A DNA stretch of 64,000 bases, taken from NCBI GenBank assembly GCA_963768305.1, contig CAVYHE010000004.1, positions 1-64,000 on the forward strand, in the 5' to 3' direction. The notes beneath the pieces are model-generated. The model did not search any database and had not been told where the DNA came from. It was given only the letters and a program-made list of their open reading frames with translations. Positions 23,563 through 35,137 of this stretch are shown piece after piece. The DNA comes from an uncultured bacterium. Lineage in GTDB: Bacteria; Margulisbacteria; WOR-1; CAVSGV01. A program made the translations under genes and the position numbers. Numbering within the stretch: position 1 is the stretch's first letter; every line of letters begins with the position of its first letter.

Positions 23563-24126
23563 ATGCAGATAATCATTCAAGGCCACGGCACGGATGTCAC
23601 GGCTCCGCTCAGGGAATACGCCGAGAAAAAGATAGCCAAGCTCGAAGAATTCTTCAAGAATATCCAGAAAGCTGAGGTAACTCTGGATGTCAGGAAGATA
23701 GAAAATCAGTTCAGGACACAGGTGGCGGAAGTTACGGTCTGGACCGCGGGAAAGATAATCCGGGCCACCGACGGGGCCTCTGATATGTACGCGGCGATCG
23801 ACCAGGTTTTCGAAAAACTCGAGAAGCAGATAGAAAAACACAAGGAGAAAATGGTCCACGAAGCCAGAAGGATACGAGGGAAAGCGAAGGAGCAGTTCAG
23901 GGACATGGCGGACAGGATGTTCAAGCCCAAAGAATTGGCGGGACCCGTGGTCGTGAAAGTGAAAAGGTTCGCGATGAAGCCGATGGCGCCGGAAGATGCG
24001 GCGCATGAAATGGAGCTTCTGGGCCACGATTTCTTCGTGTTCCAGAATTCAAAGACCGGCGAAATAAACACTATTTATAAACGAAGTTCAGGAAATTACG
24101 GACTGATAGAACCCGAACTTCAGTGA
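23563..24126 (+). CDS. hpf: Ribosome hibernation promoting factor (long HPF/RaiA)
   Basis: DMYAAID, KPMAPEDAAHEMELLGHDFFVF, YKRSSGNYGLIEP. Confidence 0.95.
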   Translation: MQIIIQGHGTDVTAPLREYAEKKIAKLEEFFKNIQKAEVTLDVRKIENQFRTQVAEVTVWTAGKIIRATDGASDMYAAIDQVFEKLEKQIEKHKEKMVHEARRIRGKAKEQFRDMADRMFKPKELAGPVVVKVKRFAMKPMAPEDAAHEMELLGHDFFVFQNSKTGEINTIYKRSSGNYGLIEPELQ

Positions 24127-24248
24127 CCGGTTCGGCTATAAAAGGATGAGCAGATCGATAATGCTTGTCCTTTTTTTGTTTTATAACCTGCGGCTAAAGT
24201 CGCGGTTAAAATTATCCGAGACTTTAGTCTCGGGGATGAGGATTGATA

Positions 24249-26748
24249 ATGTTCAAATGGCTCTTAAATCTGCTCAGCGAGACCGACGAAAGAAAGCTCC
24301 AGAAGATAGCGCCGCTTGTCCAGAAAATAAACAGCCTTGAAGCGGGAATGAAAGCTTTAAGTGATGAACAGCTTAAAGCCAAAACTTCCGAATTCAGGCA
24401 GAGGATAAGCAAGGGTGAAACTCCGGACAGTATTCTTCCTGAAGCTTTTGCGGCCGTTCGCGAAGCGTCGGTCAGGACCACCGGTCTGCGGCATTTCGAC
24501 GTCCAGCTTGTGGGCGGAGTTGTCCTTCATCAGGGCAAAATATCGGAGATGAAAACAGGAGAAGGAAAGACACTGGTCGCGACGCTCGCGATCTACCTGA
24601 ACGCGCTTGAAGGCAAAGGAACGCACGTTGTCACTGTCAACGATTACCTGGCCAAGCGCGACAGCGAATGGATGGGGCCGATATATCGATTTTTGGGCCT
24701 GGAAGTCGGCATTATCCAGCACGACATGGATTACGCCGACAGGAAAAAAGCCTATGCTGCCGATATCACCTACGGAACGAACAATGAATTCGGCTTCGAT
24801 TATCTCCGCGATAATATGGCGGTCTCGATAGACCAGTGCGTCCAGAGAGGGCTCAATTACGCGATAGTTGACGAAGTTGACAGCATTCTCATTGACGAAG
24901 CGAGGACGCCGCTCATCATTTCCGGCATGGTGGAAGAGAACCTGGACGGGTATTACAAGGGGAATGATATCGCGAAGAAATTATCCCTCGAAGCGGATTT
25001 TACCATTGATGAAAAAACAAAGAACGCGGTGCTGACGGAAGCCGGCATAAAGAAAGCCGAAAAATTCCTGAACGTCGAAAGTTTATTCGACATCGCGAAC
25101 ATGGAAATAGCCCACCAGATACTTCAATCTCTGAAGGCATGGCACCTGTACAAGCGCGATATCGACTATGTTTTAAAGGACGGCGAGGTCATTATCGTGG
25201 ATGAATTCACCGGCCGTCTGATGATAGGCAGGCGCTACAGCGACGGGCTGCACCAGGCGATAGAGGCGAAAGAGAACGTCACCATCCAGGAAGAAAGCCA
25301 GACGCTGGCGACCATCACTTTCCAGAATTATTTCAGGATGTACGGGAAGCTTGCGGGAATGACGGGAACGGCAAAGACGGAGGAAGGCGAATTCTGGAAG
25401 ATATACAAGCTTGAGGTGCTGGAGATCCCCACCCACAAGGTAATGATAAGAAAAGAATTGAACGATATCATATACAAGACCAGAAAAGAAAAATTCAATT
25501 GCGCCGCAAATGAGGTCGTCGAGCTTCATAAAAAAGGCCAGCCGGTCCTTGTCGGCACGGTCTCGATAGAGAATTCCGAGCGGATCAGCGACATTTTGAA
25601 AAGGCGCGGTATTCCTCACAATGTCCTTAACGCGAAGAACCACGAAAGGGAAGCGGAGATAGTGGCTGGAGCGGGGCAGAAAGGCGCCGTTACTATCGCT
25701 ACGAACATGGCGGGCCGCGGGACAGATATCGTTCTTGGCGAGGGAGTTCCCCAGCTTGGCGGGCTGCATATCATGGGCACGGAGCGGCATGAATCGCGCA
25801 GGATAGACAATCAGCTGAGAGGAAGAAGCGGAAGGCAGGGGGATCCAGGCTCATCCAGGTTCTATGTCGCGCTTGAGGACGACCTGATGAAGCTTTTCGG
25901 GAGCGACAGGATCGCCGGCGCGATGGAGAGGATGGGAATGGAAGAGAACACTCCCATAGAACATGGCCTTATAACCAGGGCGATAGAGAACGCGCAGAAA
26001 AAAGTGGAGCTGTATCATTTCAATATCAGGAAACAGGTCCTTGAATATGATGATGTAATGAACAAGCAGAGGGAATCCATTTACGCGTTAAGGCGCAGGA
26101 TCCTGGAAGGAAAGGATCTGAAGCAGAAAATATTCGAGATGATGGACCAGCTTATCAAGACGATCGTCGACGCTTTCGTTCCCGACAAGTCGTCCGAAAG
26201 GGATATGGACGGCCTTAAGAAAGCGATCACCGAAGATTCTTCCGGCCGATCTCAGCGGGCTTGAGGATCACAAAGAAAAAGCGGGCATAAAGGATGCGCT
26301 TAAAGAGATGCTTATGAAAGCATATGAGGCTAAGGAAAGTTATGTCGGCAGCGAAGCTATGCGCGAGATAGAGAAATTCGTGATGTTGAAAGAGATCGAT
26401 GCCAAATGGATAGAGCATCTGCACAATATGGACGTGCTCCGGGAGGGGATAGGGCTGCGCGCGTGGGGGCAGAGGGACCCGCTCATAGAGTACAAGATCG
26501 AAGGCTACAAGATGTTCCAGGAGATGATGGACGCCGCCAGGCAGGATATTATCAGCATGATCTATAAGGTGCAGGTGATGAAAGAAGGCGAGGAAGAGCT
26601 TTTAATGAAGAAGCGCAATGTCACTTATGGCGAACCCGTGAAGGTGAGCAGGGCCTCCGCGAGAAAAACGGAAAAGATCGGGAGGAACGATCCGTGCCCG
26701 TGCGGGAGCGGGAAGAAGTATAAAAAATGCTGCGGAAAAGATTTGTAA
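24249..26748 (+). CDS. secA: Preprotein translocase ATPase SecA (frameshift near 26250)
   Basis: [44 protein letters not shown] motif [18 protein letters not shown]. Confidence 0.97.
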
Positions 26749-28721
26749 TCATTTTATTTTTGGTCTTATGTCTTCCCTGTTTTGCGGATGACCAGTTCGC
26801 GCCTGGGCAGATACTGGTCAAATTTAAGCCGGATGTCGTGAGCTTTGAGGGTAACGCGGGAATGATGACTTTTTCCGCGGATAAGGCGTTCATCAGCTCC
26901 GATTCGATAAAAGCCTTGAACGCGAAACATGGGGTCTTCAGATTCAGGTCTTTTGCGAAAAAAGAGCGCAAGTTCAAAACCTTGAGGAGCGGGAGAACAG
27001 TTGAACTCCCGGACCTGTCGCAGATATATCTTATTGAATTCCCGAAAGATGCGGATGTGCAGTTGATAGCTGATGAATACGGTCGCGACCCGTCAGTGGA
27101 ATACGCATCGCCGAATTACATTAGAAAATTATATACCACACCAAATGATCCTTTCTATATTTCTGATCCCAATCATGATCCAAATCAATGGGGATTATAT
27201 AAGATCTGGCTTGGTCCGCTCGAGTCAGGCAATACCGGATGGCAATTTACCACCGGCGAAAGCACGGTCAAGGTCGCGATCATTGATACAGGCGTCAATT
27301 ATAATCATGTTGACTTAAGCAGCAGGATCGATATTTTGGATGGCATTAGATTGATTAGTGGTGACCCAAGCACAGATCCAATGGATGACATTGGACATGG
27401 CACCCATGTCGCGGGGATAATCGGCGCAGAAACCAATAATGGAATAGGTGTTGCGGGAATAGATTGGAATTGCGAAATAATTCCGATAAAGGTTTTTAGT
27501 TCGTCAGGCGGAACTGACTTTGACATAGCGAACGGGCTATATTGGGCAGCCAATAAAGACGCCAAAGTTGTAAATATGAGTTTCGGACCAAAGAATCCTA
27601 ATGATAGCGGTTACGACCCAATTGTTGAGGCTGCGATATCTTATGCGGCCACTTCGGATTGCGTGCTTGTTGCAGCTGCAGGAAACGATGATAGACAAAC
27701 TCCAGCAAAGTATCCAGCACATTATCCTCACGTGATAGCGGTGGCAGCTACAGGCCCGAATGATGAAAAAGCATTTTATTCAAATTATGGAAATTGGATA
27801 ACAGTTTCTGCTCCCGGCGGCGATAACTCGGGTCTTCTTTACGATCATGAAATATTAAGCACAATTCCAAACAGCACCATAAGTGATGGATCATATTATG
27901 GGACACCTCCAAATACATCATATGGATACCTTCAAGGGACTTCAATGGCAACTCCTTTTGTATCAGGTCTAGCCGCTCTTGTGAGAGCCAAGTTTCCGAC
28001 AATGGAGGCGGATGAAGTTGCGCAGAGGATTATTGTTTCGGCGGATAATATCGATGCCGTTTCGGGTTATCCGGGATTAATGGGCAGCGGGCGAATAAAT
28101 GCTTTCTCGGCGCTCGGTGGTTTGTATGGTAACATAACTTTTCCTATCAGCAGCACTGTAGCTATTGGAAATATAACAATTCTAGGCAGCGCGACAGGGG
28201 AAGGGTTTGTCAGCTATGAAGTTGATTCCGGCCGGGGCGCAAACCCGATCTCATGGAAAGAGGTCGCATCTTCTACATCGTCCGTCAATAATGGAACGCT
28301 TGCGACATTCGATTCCACCGGGCTTGACGGGCCTGTGACGATCAAACTGACCTTGAACGCTCTTCCGACAAAAGTGACAGAGGTGACTTTCCAGGTCGGC
28401 TCTTCCGAGTCATCGATCCTGACGGATAACCGTCCGCAGTACGGGCCGAATCCGTTCGATCCGAAAAAAGAGAACATCATGATAATGTATACCATGACGG
28501 CCAATGCCGACGTGTATATTTATTTCTTCGATATCGCCGGGCACCAGATATGCAGGAAATGGTATCCTTCCGGAACGCAGGGAGGAAGTTCGGGGACCAA
28601 TCGAGTTTACTGGGACGGGAAGAACGATTACGGGGAAACAGCGGCGAACGGCGTTTATCTTTTCAGGATATTCTCGGATAACAGGACGATAGGGAAAGGG
28701 AAGATAGTGGTAGTTAAATAG
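26727..28721 (+). CDS. Secreted S8 subtilase with prodomain and C-terminal FlgD-Ig-like domain
   Basis: Signal peptide; catalytic triad [20 protein letters not shown]-terminal YGPNPFDP...WDGKND...NGVYLFRI...GKIVVVK. Confidence 0.9.
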   Translation: MLRKRFVIILFLVLCLPCFADDQFAPGQILVKFKPDVVSFEGNAGMMTFSADKAFISSDSIKALNAKHGVFRFRSFAKKERKFKTLRSGRTVELPDLSQIYLIEFPKDADVQLIADEYGRDPSVEYASPNYIRKLYTTPNDPFYISDPNHDPNQWGLYKIWLGPLESGNTGWQFTTGESTVKVAIIDTGVNYNHVDLSSRIDILDGIRLISGDPSTDPMDDIGHGTHVAGIIGAETNNGIGVAGIDWNCEIIPIKVFSSSGGTDFDIANGLYWAANKDAKVVNMSFGPKNPNDSGYDPIVEAAISYAATSDCVLVAAAGNDDRQTPAKYPAHYPHVIAVAATGPNDEKAFYSNYGNWITVSAPGGDNSGLLYDHEILSTIPNSTISDGSYYGTPPNTSYGYLQGTSMATPFVSGLAALVRAKFPTMEADEVAQRIIVSADNIDAVSGYPGLMGSGRINAFSALGGLYGNITFPISSTVAIGNITILGSATGEGFVSYEVDSGRGANPISWKEVASSTSSVNNGTLATFDSTGLDGPVTIKLTLNALPTKVTEVTFQVGSSESSILTDNRPQYGPNPFDPKKENIMIMYTMTANADVYIYFFDIAGHQICRKWYPSGTQGGSSGTNRVYWDGKNDYGETAANGVYLFRIFSDNRTIGKGKIVVVK

Positions 28722-28754
28722 TTAAGAGTTATAAGTTATGAGTTATTAGTTGTT
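28720..28754 (+). repeat. Heptamer tandem repeat (AGTTRNN x5)
   Basis: AGTTAAG AGTTATA AGTTATG AGTTATT AGTTGTT between the subtilase and prfB. Confidence 0.8.
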
Positions 28755-28767
28755 AGAGGGGACATAA

Positions 28768-29868
28768 ATGCTTGAAGAACTAAAAGAGAGGATCATTTCG
28801 GCGAACAAGAAGATCGATGAGCTCGCCAGGCTTCTTGATATCACAAATAAAGAAGCTAAGATCGCAGAGCTTCATGCGAAAACATCGAGCGCGGACTTAT
28901 GGAGCGATCCGGCCGCGGCGCAGAAACTCCTGAGAGAATTGAAGTCGCTTGAATCGCAGGTCGGTTCATGGAAAAAGTTAAGGTCACAATCAGATGACCT
29001 TGCCATACTGATCGATACGGCGAGCGAAGAAAAACAGGGGTCCGCGGAAAAAGAATTAACTGAAGAACTCTTATCTCTTATCTCTGATATCTCCGCCATG
29101 GAGCTTACCACGCTGATGTCCGGCGGATATGACTCCAATAACGCCATCCTTACCATCAACGCGGGCGCAGGCGGGACCGACGCGCAGGACTGGGCGCAGA
29201 TACTCATGAGGATGTATTCACGCTGGGCGGAATCCAAAGGCTACAGCGTTGAGGTCCCGGATATTTCCTACGGGGAAGAAGCGGGGATAAAAGGAACGAC
29301 GCTCATAATTACCGGCCAGTACGCGTACGGATATCTCAAGGCGGAAAAGGGAATACACAGGCTTGTTCGCATGTCCCCGTTCAACGCCGACGGCAAAAGG
29401 CACACTTCTTTCGCTTCAGTGGAGGTCATTCCTGAGATAACGGAGGATATCAAAGTTGAAATAAATCCTGCCGACCTGAGAGTGGATACTTTCAGGGCTA
29501 GCGGACCCGGAGGGCAGAATGTTAACAAGGTCAGTTCCGCGATAAGGATCACCCACATTCCGACAGGGATAATAACGCAAAGCCAATCAGACCGCTCCCA
29601 GCACGCGAACAGGGAAGCCGCGATGAAAATATTGAAGGCGAAACTTTATGAAATGCTCCTTGAGGAAAGAAAGGAAAAGATAGAAGAGCTCCGCGGGCAA
29701 AGAAGAGATATCGGCTGGGGGAACCAGATAAGGTCTTATGTTTTCGCCCCGTACACTATGGTGAAGGACCACCGGACCGGGGTTGAAATGACCGATGTCC
29801 AGAAGGTCATAGACGGGAACATCGACGCATTCATAGAAGCATTTTTAAAGGGGGAGAAACGGAAATGA
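28768..29868 (+). CDS. prfB: Peptide chain release factor 2 (continuous frame)
   Basis: SPF specificity motif, GPGGQNVNK, WGNQIRSYV. Confidence 0.97.
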   Translation: MLEELKERIISANKKIDELARLLDITNKEAKIAELHAKTSSADLWSDPAAAQKLLRELKSLESQVGSWKKLRSQSDDLAILIDTASEEKQGSAEKELTEELLSLISDISAMELTTLMSGGYDSNNAILTINAGAGGTDAQDWAQILMRMYSRWAESKGYSVEVPDISYGEEAGIKGTTLIITGQYAYGYLKAEKGIHRLVRMSPFNADGKRHTSFASVEVIPEITEDIKVEINPADLRVDTFRASGPGGQNVNKVSSAIRITHIPTGIITQSQSDRSQHANREAAMKILKAKLYEMLLEERKEKIEELRGQRRDIGWGNQIRSYVFAPYTMVKDHRTGVEMTDVQKVIDGNIDAFIEAFLKGEKRK

Positions 29869-31599
29869 ACGATAAACGGGTGGTCCTGCTGGTGATCTTT
29901 GCAATGGTAATCTCGGTCGCGGCTTCTTGCTTTGTCCTGTATCAGAGGATGAATTCCGAAAAGGCCGACAATACGGTGGAACTGACGGCGGATTTCAGTG
30001 ACATTGAACGCCTTTCAACGATCGAAAATATTCCGGTGAAGAAGCTCCTTTTGGGATTGAAAGATGCCGGCGTCACTTCCGTCGCTTTGAGCGAAAGACT
30101 GGCCGGAAGCGTAGACCTGAATTTAATGACCGGGATCGACCAGAAAAAAACGAACCTGTATGTTCCGGGAAAAGGATTGCAGTCCGGCAGCGTCAGGCAA
30201 ATACAAAGCGCGGGGCTGAGAGTGATCCCGAGGATACGGAATATCTTCAATGCGAATGCCCTCTCTCTTGGAAACAAGATCAAGACCTTTTCGAATTTTG
30301 ACTCAGTGATATTCGCCGACGATGAGGTGCTGGGATATCCGAACCATTTAAGCGAAACAGCGGCGGTACTTAAGGACAAGGGGATCAAGTTCGGCTATAT
30401 CGAATTCGCGAAACAATACGGCGATGACGCGCTTGCGGCCATGATGGGCGGGAACATGGTAAAGGTCCACAGCATAGGTCCCGATGAGCTGGAGAAAATG
30501 ACCCAGCCGGAATCGATCGATAGGTTCGTGAGGGCGGTGCGCGAAAGAAGCGTAAGGATGCTTTATATTCATTTAATACAATATCCCGATGCCGGCAAGG
30601 ATATTGCCGCGACGAATGCCGCTTTCATAAATAATCTCTCACGCGAACTCAAGAATTACGGCTTCATGACCGGAAAGGCTTCAAATCCCCAGGCGATCAC
30701 GGTCAGCCGTCTTGAAAAGACGATCGATCTCATTCGGTGTCGCCGGCGGGACCATATTGCTGGCGTGTTATTTCATCCCCGTCAACCTGATCGTCTCCCT
30801 CCTGATCGTTATCCTTTTCGCTTTTCTGCCCGCCAAGCTGCTCGCGCTTGCGGCCGCAGTTGTTTTCCCGTCATACGCTCTTGTTTCTCTTTTTCCTGAA
30901 AAAAAGGACCCGCTTCTTTCCGGGATCGTCTCGGGCCCTGTCCTTATCACCATGTATGCCGCGGCCATTTCCGCCCTCGGCGCCGTTTTCATCGCCGCTT
31001 TGCTGGCGGACAGGATAAACATGCTCGGAATGGACGCTTTTTCCGGCGTGAAGCTCGCTCTCGTTCTCCCTCTTTTTATAGTGACGGGGTATTTCTTTTT
31101 CAGGAAAGACAACAAGGATGTCATTGATCTTAAAGCCGCCGCCTCAAAAGCGAAAAAGGTCCTGTACGCGGATATCAAGGTGTATCATGCCGTTCTTTTC
31201 ATTATCGCCGCGGCCTGCGGAGCGCTCTTGCTGTTAAGGAGCGGCAACTTCGGACTGCCGGTGAGCGGGCTAGAGAAACATACGAGAGGGCTGCTCGAAA
31301 ATTTCCTCTCTGTCCGCCCGAGAACAAAGGAGTTCTTGATCGGGTATCCCGCCATCGTCCTTGGTGCCATATATTATATGAAAGGCGGAAGGAAGTGGCT
31401 CTGGGCGTTCCTTGCCTTTGGCGTTGTCGCGCCGGTTTCGATGACCAATTCGTTCTGCCACATCCATACGCCGGTTATTATTTCCATAGTCAGGTCATGC
31501 TCGTCCATAATACTTGGCATTGCGCTCGGCCTGTTGGCTTACTTTTTGTATGTTGTTTATTGCCGCGCCGCTGCCATGATCGATAGATCTGCAAGATGA
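29865..31599 (+). CDS. DUF5693-like membrane protein (frameshift near 30720)
   Basis: RAVRERSVRMLY, FSGVKL, RSGN, VRPRTKEFLIGYP, NSFCHIHTP; precedes csaB. Confidence 0.78.
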
Positions 31600-33371
31600 A
31601 GCTGCTTCTGGCCGGTTATTTCGGCAGCGGGAATATCGGTGATGAGGCGATACTTTCGGCTCTTATCACATCGGTGAAGCTGGATCATCCCTCGGCAGAT
31701 ATAACGGTCCTGAGCGAAAACCCCGCAGAAACCTCGGATATTTATGGCGTCAGATCGATCCATAAATATTCATTCCTTCGCATCATCAAAGAGGTCAGGA
31801 ATGGGGATGCGCTTATTTTTGGAGGCGGGGGATTGCTGCAGGATTCAACAAGCGTCAAAAGTCTTTATTATTATTTATCTCTGATATTCATGGCTAAATT
31901 CTTTGGCAGAAAAGTCATTCTTTTGGGGCAGGGGATAGGGCCTGTAAGCCATCGATCGGTCGTAAAAAGAGCTCTGGCAAATATCGATCTGATCGCCGTT
32001 AGGGACGAAAAGTCGATGAGAGAATTGCATGACATCGGAGCAAGACCCAAAAAATCGGCTTTAACCGCTGATATGGCCTTCCTTCTGCCGCCGCCGGACA
32101 GGGCTAAAGGGAAAAAGACGCTTGATATTGACGGCATAAAGAAATGTAAAAAACACTTGATCGCTTTTGCTATTCGCCGGTCAATTGATAACAGGTTCTC
32201 ACCCATACATTATAAAGCTGTTGCGGAAGCCTGCGACCATCTGATAAAGGAGAAGGATTCACAGGTCGTATTTTTGATCTTTCAGTATCCGGATGACATA
32301 GACGCCGCAGAGAAGGTAATGAGCCTGATGAAATACCCGGCCCATATCCTGCTGCGCAGGTGCGGCCCGGCCGAAATGCTGAATGTCATTTCCGCTTTTG
32401 ACGGCGTTGTAGGAATGCGTTTGCACAGCCTGATATTTGCATCGATAGCCGGAGTTCCTTCATTGGGCCTGTCATATGATCCTAAGGTGGAGAGTTTTCA
32501 GATATCGATCGGCGGGAACTATATCGATCTCAATCTGGCCAGTGATACCGCATTAACCAATAAGATCGATATCTTTATCGATAGCTTGAATATTCCCGCT
32601 TTTAATTCTGATCAACTTGCCATTCAGGCACGGGGCAATATCTATCTGATGAATGAATGCCTGAAGGTCAATAAAATTCGGGTCCTTGGCATCGATATCG
32701 ACAATATTACATTTGACGAAGCCATAAAAAAAGCCGAAGAGATATTGGCGGAAAAAGTTCCCGGATTGATCGTGACGCCGAATCCGGAGATGATAATGGC
32801 GGCTCAAAAAGATATTGACCTGCGAAAAATCGTCAATTCCGCTTCTATGGCGATCCCTGACGGAGTGGGGCTGTTAGTTGCAGGTTCGCTTATCGGAAGA
32901 AAGTTCAAAGCAAGGATCGCAGGAATCGACCTAATGCTGAAGCTTGTCGATATCGCAAAAGCAAAAGGCATATAAGATATTTCTTTTTGGCGGAGCAGAA
33001 GGAGTGGCTGAGAAAGCTGCTGAAGTTTTGAATATCGATCCGGCGAACACTTATCAGGGATATTCTTTGAACGATGCCGATGTGATCGCAAAGATCAAGA
33101 GAGCAAAACCGGATCTATTATTCGTTGGTCTTGGCAGCCCGAAGCAGGAAAAATGGGCTTCCAAACACTTGAAAGAGCTTAATGTGCCGCTTGCCATGTG
33201 CGTGGGCGGCAGTTTTGACGTCATTGCCGGCACGTGTCAGAAGAGCCCCGGTATTCATGCGAAAGATGGGGACTGGAATGGTTCTGGCGGCTGGTCACGG
33301 AGCCAAAAAGATGGAAACGAATGATAATGTTACCGGTATTCATAATTAAAGTTGTCCGATCAACCTTTTGA
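31596..33371 (+). CDS. csaB: Polysaccharide pyruvyl transferase CsaB fused to WecB/TagA/CpsF glycosyltransferase (frameshifts after 32970)
   Basis: GYFGSGNIGDEAI, GGGGLLQD, GMRLHSLI, YDPKV; then in frame VTPNPE, PDGVG; and LGSPKQEKW, VGGSFDV in the next frame. Confidence 0.88.
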
Positions 33372-33425
33372 AAACCTCTCTGATTTAAGCTATAATCAAC
33401 TTCAAGAAGAATTAAGGAGATCGAT

Positions 33426-34445
33426 ATGGCGAAAAAGAAATATAATGTAGCTGTGCTTGGCGCGACCGGAATGGTCGGCAAAGTCATGATGCAGGTCCTG
33501 GAGGAAAGGAATTTCCCCGTAGATAGATTCCTGCCGCTCGCATCCACAAGGACAGCCGGAACAAAAGTAACGTTCAAAGGGAAAAAATATACCGTTGAAG
33601 TCGCGAAACCATCCTCTTTCGACGGCATCGATATAGGATTGTTCTCCGCCGGGGCAAAAATATCCGAGATATTCGCGCCTGAAGCCGTAAAAAGAGGCGC
33701 GATCGTCATCGACAATACCTCGTTCTTCAGGATGGACCCGAATGTCCCGCTCGTCGTGCCGGAAGTGAACGCGTATGACCTGAAATGGCATAAAGGCATA
33801 ATCGCGAACCCGAACTGCTCCACCGCGCAGATGGTCCTCATATTGAAGCCGATACACGACATCGCGAAGATCAAAAGAGTCGTCGTCTCCACTTACCAAT
33901 CAACTTCCGGCTGGGGCAAAGAAGCCGTTGAGGAGCTCTTTGTCCAGACGAAAGCCGTTCTTGCCGGCAAAAAAGCGAAGGTCAAAATATTGCCGAAGCA
34001 GATCGCTTTCAATGTCATTCCACAGATAGATTCTTTCACTTCCAACGGATACACAAAGGAAGAAATGAAGATGGTCAACGAGACGAAGAAGATAATGGGA
34101 GATCTGAACATTCAGGTGACCGCGACGACCGTGAGGGTGCCTGTTGTCATCGGCCACAGCGAAGCCGTGAATATCGAGACCGAAAGGAAATTGTCGGTCG
34201 CACAGGTCAGAGATGTCCTTTCCAAATTCCCGACCGTGAAAGTTGTGGATGCTCCCGAAAAAGGGGTTTATCCGACCGCTATCGACTGCGTCGGAAAGGA
34301 TGATACTTTCGTCGGCAGGATAAGGGAGGATATTTCCATCCCGAACGGCATAGAGCTCTGGATCGTATCCGATAATCTGCGCCGCGGAGCGGCCACCAAC
34401 GCCATCCTGATAGCGGAAGAAATGATCGAAGAAGGCCTTATTTAA
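33426..34445 (+). CDS. asd: Aspartate-semialdehyde dehydrogenase
   Basis: GATGMVG, IANPNCST, STYQS, DNLRRGAATNA. Confidence 0.96.
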   Translation: MAKKKYNVAVLGATGMVGKVMMQVLEERNFPVDRFLPLASTRTAGTKVTFKGKKYTVEVAKPSSFDGIDIGLFSAGAKISEIFAPEAVKRGAIVIDNTSFFRMDPNVPLVVPEVNAYDLKWHKGIIANPNCSTAQMVLILKPIHDIAKIKRVVVSTYQSTSGWGKEAVEELFVQTKAVLAGKKAKVKILPKQIAFNVIPQIDSFTSNGYTKEEMKMVNETKKIMGDLNIQVTATTVRVPVVIGHSEAVNIETERKLSVAQVRDVLSKFPTVKVVDAPEKGVYPTAIDCVGKDDTFVGRIREDISIPNGIELWIVSDNLRRGAATNAILIAEEMIEEGLI

Positions 34446-34464
34446 CCTTCTGAAAGGCAATATC

Positions 34465-35130
34465 TTGAGCGATCAGATCGCCGGAAAAGAAAAAATAGCC
34501 GAATATTTCGAAAAACTGCTTGAAAAGCACGGCGACCATTACCTCTCTCTTGACTGGAAAAGCAAGGAAAGCCAGCTCGGCAAGATTCACCGTTCTGCTT
34601 GACATGCTCGCTTATACCAGCAAAGAAGACAAATTTTCCATTCTGGATGTCGGATGCGGCATAGGGCATCTCTACGAATTCCTCGAAGTCATCGGGCATG
34701 ATAGAAAACATTCAGCATCAAATATTCCGGCATAGACATTTCGCAGAAGATGGTCGACTTCGCAAAGAAAAAATTTCCGGGAGTCGATTTCCGCCAGGTA
34801 GACCTGATAAACGATAAATTCGACAGGAAATTCGATTATGTCGTCAGCTCCGGAGCTTTCAATATCAGGATGTCGGACCTGGCATCCCATAAAGCTTCGG
34901 TCCTGCAAATGATATCCAGGATGTTCCGGCTTTCCAATTGCGGAACGGCCGTGAACTTCCTGTCCAAGTCAACTCTTTATATGATTTCGCAGGATAATGG
35001 CGATAGCTCGGACAGGTATGTTTATTATTCCGAAGAAGAGGTCATCAGTTTCGTCCGGGCCATGTGCGACAGATATGTGTTGAGGAAGGATTACCATCCG
35101 GGCGATTTTACGGTTTATATGTTAAAATAG
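34465..35130 (+). CDS. Class I SAM-dependent methyltransferase (two frameshifts)
   Basis: Reconstructed LDWKSKESQ..RF, SILDVGCGIGH, DYVVSSGAFN, DYHPGDFTVY. Confidence 0.75.
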
Positions 35131-35137
35131 GGGACAA

